64,000 nt of DNA from NCBI GenBank assembly GCA_951406725.2, contig OX597815.1, forward strand, positions 156,426,001-156,490,000. Reading direction: 5' to 3'. Made by a program: the position numbers and the translations under genes. Under the pieces are notes generated by a model. The model was not told the origin of the DNA. It saw only the letters and a program-made list of their open reading frames with translations, and ran no database searches. Position 1 is the first letter of the stretch. Each line of letters opens with the position of its first letter. Shown piece after piece: positions 56,322 to 64,000 of the stretch. This DNA comes from Octopus vulgaris. Lineage: Eukaryota.

Positions 56322-56752
56322 CGAATGGCTCAGGGGTTAGAGTGTTGGGTTCACAATCATGAGGCAGTGGGTTCGATTCCCGGGCGTGGCTGTATGTTGT
56401 GTTCTTGAGCAAGAGACTTTATTTCATTTTGCTCCAGTTCACGCAGCTGTAGAAACGGGTTGCGACTTCACTGACGCCAAGCTGTATCGACCTTTGCCTT
56501 TCCCTTGGACAATATCGGTGGCGTGGAGAGGGGAGTCTAGTGTACATGGGCGAATGGTGATCCTCCATAAGCAACCTTGCTGGCAGAGTCGTTAGCATGC
56601 TGGGCGAAATGCTTAGTGGCATTTCGTCTGTCGCTGTTTTGCGTTCAAATTCCGCCAAGGTCGACTTTGCCTTTCATTCTTTTGAGGTCGATGTAATCGA
56701 CTTAATTCCTTCCCCAAAATTTCAGGCCTTGTGTTTACAGAAGAAAGGATTA
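56322..56752 (+). mobile_element. SINE family D (56322-56577) followed by family C (56578-56752)
   Basis: A/B boxes TGGCTCAGGGGTTAG / GGTTCGATTCCC, then GGTCGACTTTGCCTTTCATTCTTTTGAGGTCGAT. Confidence 0.75.
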
Positions 56753-56964
56753 TTTTCTCTACGGAAACTATGCAGTGCCTGAAAGGACATTCAAATTTAC
56801 CAAGCGAAGATATTAACCGAGTCTAGTAACTTAACACTAACTCCAATATCACCAACATTCGCTGAGGCTAGCCGGCAATGTGAACCGATCTAAGAGTTAA
56901 CACGGAGACCATCAGGATTATATATCACTTGAAACCATTAAACCAATTTTGGAAATATTACTTT

Positions 56965-57082
<118 letters not shown>

Positions 57083-57107
57083 ATGCATGTATGTATGTAT
57101 GTATGTT

Positions 57108-57660
57108 ATGTCAGGTCACTTTCGAGTGCTACTGGTAACATGTAACCCAGTACAACCTGTTGCGTGGTCGGGTCGTCGGCGACTAAATCGGCAACCCCAC
57201 CAAGCTTGCTTGGCGAGGAGGGTGTTTATTGGACACCCTGCGGGATGAAAAACAAAACCAGTCAAAAGGCGGAGGAACTCTTGAGAGTCAAGGGCCATCC
57301 AATAAATGTATTAAGGATGTATCATGCGCGGGGACATAGAAATAATCGGACTGAATACCCGATCGCGCGGTTAAACCATTGGGAGTGAAGGACTCCTAGC
57401 CTTTGTTAGGGCATCCTTCTAGGAGAAGATAACTCAGGTAAATGGGATAACTCCGACATAAAATCTTCAGCTCAGTGGTTACCGATGATGTTGACTTATT
57501 CTTCGTTTCAGATTATGACTGCTGTTGCTTAGTGAGTGGAATTGACTCAGTGCACATCCTTTCCTCACTTTAAAAAAAATCTTGCACAGGCATTGCACGA
57601 TAACAACATTGATTGAGCTTCGTGCAATCGCCATACTCGATAACGAGGGGGCAGCCACCA
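57108..57660 (+). mobile_element. Possible RTE-type LINE 5'-UTR-derived repeat
   Basis: GC-richer insert between microsatellites with GGGCATCCTTCTAGGAGAAGATAACTC, which resembles an RTE 5'-UTR motif. Confidence 0.35.
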
Positions 57661-57722
57661 TGTATGTATGTATATAAGTAAATAAATGGAGTTGAACGCA
57701 AGTGTTATTCGAATTATTTTAT

Positions 57723-57806
57723 CTTCGACATATGCTTCGCAGACAACATTGGTTTCATTGCAAAGGAATAAACGATGTAAAATAACGTAATCGTCTCATC
57801 AGGAAA
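57723..57806 (-). ncRNA. Degenerate type I hammerhead motif
   Basis: TTTC-CTGATGA-GACGA...TTGTCtgc-GAAG-CATATG-TC-GAAG, with GAAA changed to GAAG. Confidence 0.5.
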
Positions 57807-58487
57807 GAAAGATAACCTATCTCAACAACAAGACATTATAACAATTTTGATGACAGCATAAATGATAAACAGAACGCTATTAAGTATTATTTAAAAAACC
57901 GTTAGTAGATCTGACGTCAAATGCAGACCCTAGGAAGAGAAGGGGTAAAGAAATAATAAGTAGAGAACAAATAAAGAGGGATACATTGGTTGAAAAAACG
58001 TTCAAAGGCTTGGAAGTAGATTTCTCTATTGAAGTAAAGTGCAAGTTACACTAACTGTTCAAACTATAAAGACTGGTATAAATCACTTATATGAGCTAAA
58101 GGTATGTTTCTCCCAGGGCTTACATTTGTAAGATCGCTCTATAAGTGTGCTAACAAGGTGATTCTTAGAGAAGAGAATATGGAAGTGTTCAGAGTTGCAA
58201 ATGTTACAAAGAATTTGAATAATACCTGCGTTCTACTCCATTTATTTACTTATACTATACAAATTACTGCACATTAACCCGGAGTTTCTACCTTTGAATA
58301 GGTCGCTACATCCTTGTTACTTCCGTGAATTTTGCTACGCTGGTAACTGTTTATTGAATTTTCCATGTTAACTGTAAATTCTCCCTTCGAAATTACACTT
58401 AAACATGGTTTTGGTCTTTTTGACTGCTTCTTCTAGCGTGTAAATCTGCCTGTTAAAGGGAACTTCTCCTGTGTTTAAATGTACATT

Positions 58488-58530
<43 letters not shown>

Positions 58531-58638
58531 CCATTCACCACAAAAGATTATGTTCTAAGTTCAAACTCAACACAAAACCATAGCAATAAAATAGGTATCG
58601 TGTTTGCATCTAGTCCAGCAAATTGCATTTATAACGGA

Positions 58639-58702
58639 CCATGCTGATGATGGCTGCAGTTTTCCTTGCGGAAAATAACAGCTGAAACTAATTAGTACAT
58701 GG
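58639..58702 (+). ncRNA. Type I hammerhead ribozyme, unit 1
   Basis: CCATG-CTGATGA-tGGCTG..TTTTCC(ttgc)GGAAAA..CAGCT-GAAA-CTAATTAG-TA-CATGG. GUA triplet, cut after 58697. Confidence 0.9.
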
Positions 58703-59144
58703 GTAATTATTTTATTTCGTATATTTTTCACTTGTTTATTGCTATGGTTTTGTGTTGAGTTTGAACTGAGAACATAATCTTTTGTGGTGAATGGCGATTT
58801 GACGTCTATATCTAGCATGTTGACTGTCCACTTTTCGTGTTCAGTCCTTAATTGGTATATATAAATATTTTAATCTTCGGATTCTTTTTTAATATGCTAG
58901 ACCACTGGTCTTAATTGATAAATATCAATTTCTACCCTTAATTAATTTTATATAAATAAATATGTTCTCTAACCGATAAATTGACTGCTGCTAATTATTA
59001 GCTGCAGGCTAGTTTTCTCGGGTTTCAACGCGCCAAAGTAAAGGCATTTGAAAGATATATTCAAATGTAATAGGCTGAACTCCATGCACGCGATATTTCG
59101 GTATCGTGTTTGCATCTAGTCCAGCAAATTGCATTTATAACGGA

Positions 59145-59208
59145 CCATGCTGATGATGGCTGCAGTTTTCCTTGCGGAAAATAACAGCTGAAACTAATTA
59201 GTACATGG
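59145..59208 (+). ncRNA. Type I hammerhead ribozyme, unit 2
   Basis: Identical to unit 1. Confidence 0.9.
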
Positions 59209-59650
59209 GTAATTATTTTATTTCGTATATTTTTCACTTGTTTATTGCTATGGTTTTGTGTTGAGTTTGAACTGAGAACATAATCTTTTGTGGTGAATGG
59301 CGATTTGACGTCTATATCTAGCATGTTGACTGTCCACTTTTCGTGTTCAGTCCTTAATTGGTATATATAAATATTTTAATCTTCGGATTCTTTTTTAATA
59401 TGCTAGACCACTGGTCTTAATTGATAAATATCAATTTCTACCCTTAATTAATTTTATATAAATAAATATGTTCTCTAACCGATAAATTGACTGCTGCTAA
59501 TTATTAGCTGCAGGCTAGTTTTCTCGGGTTTCAACGCGCCAAAGTAAAGGCATTTGAAAGATATATTCAAATGTAATAGGCTGAACTCCATGCACGCGAT
59601 ATTTCGGTATCGTGTTTGCATCTAGTCCAGCAAATTGCATTTATAACGGA

Positions 59651-59714
59651 CCATGCTGATGATGGCTGCAGTTTTCCTTGCGGAAAATAACAGCTGAAAC
59701 TAATTAGTACATGG
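59651..59714 (+). ncRNA. Type I hammerhead ribozyme, unit 3
   Basis: Identical to unit 1. Confidence 0.9.
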
Positions 59715-60156
59715 GTAATTATTTTATTTCGTATATTTTTCACTTGTTTATTGCTATGGTTTTGTGTTGAGTTTGAACTGAGAACATAATCTTTTGTGGT
59801 GAATGGCGATTTGACGTCTATATCTAGCATGTTGACTGTCCACTTTTCGTGTTCAGTCCTTAATTGGTATATATAAATATTTTAATCTTCGGATTCTTTT
59901 TTAATATGCTAGACCACTGGTCTTAATTGATAAATATCAATTTCTACCCTTAATTAATTTTATATAAATAAATATGTTCTCTAACCGATAAATTGACTGC
60001 TGCTAATTATTAGCTGCAGGCTAGTTTTCTCGGGTTTCAACGCGCCAAAGTAAAGGCATTTGAAAGATATATTCAAATGTAATAGGCTGAACTCCATGCA
60101 CGCGATATTTCGGTATCGTGTTTGCATCTAATCCAGCAAATTGCATTTATAACGGA

Positions 60157-60220
60157 CCATGCTGATGATGGCTGCAGTTTTCCTTGCGGAAAATAACAGC
60201 TGAAACTAATTAGTACATGG
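60157..60220 (+). ncRNA. Type I hammerhead ribozyme, unit 4
   Basis: Identical to unit 1. Confidence 0.9.
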
Positions 60221-60459
60221 GTAATTATTTTATTTCGTATATTTTTCACTTGTTTATTGCTATGGTTTTGTGTTGAGTTTGAACTGAGAACATAATCTTT
60301 TGTGGTGAATGGCGATTTGACGTCTATATCTAGCATGTTGACTGTCCACTTTTCGTGTTCAGTCCTTAATTGGTATATATAAATATTTTAATCTTCGGAT
60401 TCTTTTTTAATATGCTAGACCACTGGTCTTAATTGATAAATATCAATTTCTACCCTTAA

Positions 60460-60505
<46 letters not shown>

Positions 60506-60511
<6 letters not shown>

Positions 60512-60873
60512 TGAAGTATATTTGCCACTTAAATGTGACTAACCCTTAAGGGTGGATGCTACTGTAGTTTGTAGCCCAGGAAGAGACCTCCTCCAGCTGG
60601 CTATTGGCACACTTTCTGTGCCCTATCAGTATTTGCAAAGGGAAGTCATCCTTCTCACCTTCACTCAACGTTATACATACGGACCCGGGTTTCTGGGTAT
60701 TAACCCGTCATCAGCGTGTGACAATCACCAGTTGTCGATGTGAAGTGCTGGAGGAAGTGTCATGCTGGGGCTACAAGCTACAGTAGCATCCACCCTTAAG
60801 GGTTAGCCGCATTGAAGTGGCAAATATACTTCACGATGTCGTGCAGCTACTGTGTATACCTCGCTCAGAGATT

Positions 60874-60874
<1 letters not shown>
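60506..60874 (-). mobile_element. Foldback HHR element (arms 60506-60577 / 60768-60840), same family as 15072-15460
   Basis: Inverted arms, flanked by (TA)n on both sides. Confidence 0.85.
60676..60720 (-). ncRNA. Type I hammerhead ribozyme
   Basis: CACACG-CTGATGA-cGGGT(taat)ACCCa-GAAA-CCCGGG-TC-CGTATG. GUC triplet. Confidence 0.85.
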
Positions 60875-60909
<35 letters not shown>

Positions 60910-61210
60910 CATGCATGCATGTATGTATGTATGTATGTATGTATGTATGTATTTATGTATGTATGTATGTATGTATGTATGTATGCAGTACTATTCATAT
61001 ATTATCCATATGTATGTATGAGCAACCATTTTACTGAAGCAACATTAATCGTGCTGTAAAACTATGAAGAAGACTTATCTGAAGTGCATTCTGGTTACTG
61101 GCAAAAAAGCAATCCTTCCAATTTGTGATACGTATTTATTTATAACGTTATTTGCTACTGACCAACAAACAACACGGCACATTACATGCGACAATCGTGG
61201 CAAGGCATTC

Positions 61211-61255
<45 letters not shown>

Positions 61256-61860
61256 GTGTGTGTGATTGTGTATAGAAGAATATATTAATAAAAAGAATTC
61301 CAACCTTGTCTGATTTTCACGTTTTATTTACAATCTTATAATGATATATTATAAGATAATATATTATAATTGAATAAAATAAAATGAAATAGTAGAATGT
61401 TAAATATTATATCTTCGGGTTCATGTAGTAGTGTTGACAGTCATATTTTTGATAGCAAGATGAGTGATTCTGTAGCTGGGTATATGCAAATATGACCAAT
61501 CAGTGTGTAGTATCATATATGATTGGTTGGTTGAGCTGATTGGTTTAGGCATCACGCTTTGTTGGACAGGTCAAGAGTCCTGTATCTTGACCCTGGCCGA
61601 AGCAGCAATTGTTGGGTTATTTTTAGAAATGTTGTAAATATCCTTTGTGAGAGATTTTTATATTTTTATATTTCAATTGTCATCATCATCATTGTCAGCA
61701 CCTTAATTATTGTTGCTAGTGGTGATGGTGGTGGCAATAGAACTTTTAACCCTAAATAAGATAATTTTCCTGCTATCTTCGTCTTGATCACCTTTAGTAT
61801 TGTTGTTGTTGTTAGTGGTCATGGTCGTAGCAGTGGAAGTAATACCTCTAAGTATTATTA

Positions 61861-62310
61861 TTATTGCTTATTTAGCTTGGGTTCGAATTTATCAATAAAA
61901 TTCTTTTCTCTGATTTTCCTCTCGATTTCACTTGGGCTGTGTAATTTGTAGAATGGAAATATTATATATATTTTCCGACCACATGTTGCTAGGTGGTTAC
62001 TCAAAGGTATCTGACGGACCTCTGGGTCTCTAATCTGTTGCCGGTGTACACGTGAGCGTTCTAATAGTGCGTTTCCCGTCTGACCTACATATATTTCTTC
62101 ACAATTTGGGCATTTGATGCAGTAAATTAAATTTCTGCTTTTGCAGTTCATATTCGCGTTTGTGAATATTTTCCCGGTTTTTGTGTTTATATATTGACCG
62201 GTATGTATGAATTGGCATGTGCCACATCGGCTATCATTGCATTTAGATACCGTGAATGTTTGGTCTTTGTTGCTGAGGTCAAATTTTGCCTTTGTTAGTA
62301 ATGTTTTCAA
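61861..62310 (-). CDS. PLE GIY-YIG endonuclease domain ORF (left arm, transposon-derived, 5'-truncated)
   Basis: KCNDSRCGTC..NLIYCIKCPNCEEIYVGQTG..R..H. A 1-nt insertion upstream shortens it relative to the right arm. Confidence 0.6.
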   Translation of the reverse strand: MKTLLTKAKFDLSNKDQTFTVSKCNDSRCGTCQFIHTGQYINTKTGKIFTNANMNCKSRNLIYCIKCPNCEEIYVGQTGNALLERSRVHRQQIRDPEVRQIPLSNHLATCGRKIYIIFPFYKLHSPSEIERKIREKNFIDKFEPKLNKQ

Positions 62311-62446
62311 GTTTTTTAGGCTGTCTTTTACTAAGCACCATAGCTCGATCCTTGATTATGTCTTTTAATTCATTACTTTGGGCAATGATTGGTAGGTTTG
62401 CTTTGCCCAAAGTAATGAATTAAAAGACATAATCAAGGATCGAGCT

Positions 62447-62926
62447 ATGGTGCTTAGTAAAAGACAGCCTAAAAACTTGAAAACATTACTAACAAAGGCA
62501 AAATTTGACCTCAGCAACAAAGACCAAACATTCACGGTATCTAAATGCAATGATAGCCGATGTGGCACATGCCAATTCATACATACCGGTCAATATATAA
62601 ACACAAAAACCGGGAAAATATTCACAAACGCGAATATGAACTGCAAAAGCAGAAATTTAATTTACTGCATCAAATGCCCAAATTGTGAAGAAATATATGT
62701 AGGTCAGACGGGAAACGCACTATTAGAACGCTCACGTGTACACCGGCAACAGATTAGAGACCCAGAGGTCCGTCAGATACCTTTGAGTAACCACCTAGCA
62801 ACATGTGGTCGGAAAATATATATAATATTTCCATTCTACAAATTACACAGCCCAAGTGAAATCGAGAGGAAAATCAGAGAAAAGAATTTTATTGATAAAT
62901 TCGAACCCAAGCTAAATAAGCAATAA
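62447..62926 (+). CDS. PLE GIY-YIG endonuclease domain ORF (right arm, 159 aa, transposon-derived, 5'-truncated)
   Basis: Open frame from an ATG to the native stop, with the same motifs as 20537-21121. Expression is unknown. Confidence 0.65.
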   Translation: MVLSKRQPKNLKTLLTKAKFDLSNKDQTFTVSKCNDSRCGTCQFIHTGQYINTKTGKIFTNANMNCKSRNLIYCIKCPNCEEIYVGQTGNALLERSRVHRQQIRDPEVRQIPLSNHLATCGRKIYIIFPFYKLHSPSEIERKIREKNFIDKFEPKLNKQ

Positions 62927-63420
62927 TAATAATACTTAGAGGTATTACTTCCACTGCTACGACCATGACCACTAACAACAACAACAATACTAAAGGTGAT
63001 CAAGACGAAGATAGCAGGAAAATTATCTTATTTAGGGTTAAAAGTTCTATTGCCACCACCATCACCACTAGCAACAATAATTAAGGTGCTGACAATGATG
63101 ATGATGACAATTGAAATATAAAAATATAAAAATCTCTCACAAAGGATATTTACAACATTTCTAAAAATAACCCAACAATTGCTGCTTCGGCCAGGGTCAA
63201 GATACAGGACTCTTGACCTGTCCAACAAAGCGTGATGCCTAAACCAATCAGCTCAACCAACCAATCAGCTTAAGTAATTGAGTGATACTACACACTGATT
63301 GGTCAGAATACAGTTTGCAAAACCTAGCACTCTGGAGCCTACCCAGCTGTATTTATAGCACAGAATCACTCATCTTGCTACAGTCAAAAATTGTGAAGCA
63401 TGACTGTCAACACTACTACA

Positions 63421-63465
63421 TGAACCCGAAGATTGCAGAATTCAATGCATGAAAGTACTAGTTCA
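63421..63465 (+). ncRNA. pLTR hammerhead with a core mutation (CCGAAGA)
   Basis: TGAAC-CCGAAGA-tTGCA...TGCAt-GAAA-GTAC-TA-GTTCA. The U4-to-C change probably impairs activity. Confidence 0.7.
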
Positions 63466-63592
63466 ATCAGAATGAATATTTAACATTCTACTATTTCATT
63501 TTATTTTATTCAATTATAATATATTATCTTATAATATATCATTATAAGATTGTAAATAAAACGTGAAAATCAGACAAGGTTGGAATTCTTTT

Positions 63593-63646
<54 letters not shown>

Positions 63647-64000
63647 ATATAGTTAATCCAAACATGAAAACACAAAGAGAAAACACAACGCGAGGACGTG
63701 GAACAAGTATAGTGTTATTGGACGGTCAGGAAAGGAAAGAAAGAAGGAGAATTTAATGTTTGGAGCGGAGCACTTGGTCAGAAACATTGGATAAGGAAAG
63801 ATCCAAGCAAGGGATCCGTTAAGTTGCGGGAAATAAGCAAATCAATAACAGTTATCCAGCGGTGTTGGGTAGACAAACACAGACACAAAGTGACACACGT
63901 ACGAAGGTATATACGGGCTTCCACGCAGTTCCACTCACAGGGCACTGCTCTACTCGAGGCTATCGTAGAAGACACTTTCCCGATGTTCCACTAAATAAGA

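Larger units (their letters stand above)
58527..60464 (+). mobile_element. Retrozyme-like array: 3.7 x 506-bp tandem units (58594-60464) with a 64-bp inverted head (58527-58590), between (TA)n tracts
   Basis: Period is exactly 506 (CTGATGA at 58644, 59150, 59656 and 60162). Units are nearly identical. The head is the reverse complement of 58735-58798. Confidence 0.95.
61254..63597. mobile_element. Giant palindrome of the Penelope 3' part (arms about 61286-62385 and 62403-63597, 17-nt spacer)
   Basis: Two head-to-head copies of the GIY-YIG region plus pLTR, highly similar to 19852-21080. Confidence 0.95.

Noticed and set aside
58567-60336. Four repeated 83-87 aa ORFs (MLDIDVKSPF...)
   Set aside because: They are antisense to the ribozyme, have no recognisable motif, and I saw no counterpart in the 19-kb relative. 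Repetition only reflects the tandem array.
58594-60464. CRISPR-like array
   Set aside because: Whole units are nearly identical with no unique spacers, and the context is eukaryotic.
61559-61759. Hydrophobic 66-aa ORF duplicated at 63028-63228
   Set aside because: It is antisense in the PLE 3' region, and a comparable ORF is not called in the 20.3-kb copy.

Overview
This is AT-rich, microsatellite-saturated eukaryotic non-coding DNA. The SINE types and repeat landscape look like an octopus or other coleoid cephalopod, which is an inference. I could not identify a host protein-coding exon, and nearly all listed ORFs are translations of (TA)n, (CA)n or (TACA)n tracts. Identifiable elements are: a 5'-truncated, frameshifted Penelope-like retroelement (RT plus GIY-YIG) with an inverted pseudo-LTR at 19.85-22.94 kb; a 2.3-kb palindrome built from the same element at 61.3-63.6 kb; a non-autonomous LTR element with a tRNA-Trp PBS and an ATTA TSD at 35982-38618; CR1-type LINE fragments; Tc1/mariner, hAT and Helitron-type non-autonomous elements; and many tRNA-derived SINEs. 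The main finding is a dense set of hammerhead-ribozyme (HHR) motifs from about 8-9 distinct sequence families. Nearly all have a palindromic helix III and sit in or beside (TA)n tracts, and most show the Penelope-style layout of an inverted copy plus a sense unit. The best example is a near-perfect 506-bp tandem array (58594-60464) with one intact type I HHR per unit. It resembles a retrozyme or circular-RNA generator, and it has a diverged, structurally covarying relative at 18.7-19.5 kb. All ribozyme calls are by-eye motif and pairing analysis and have not been tested for activity.
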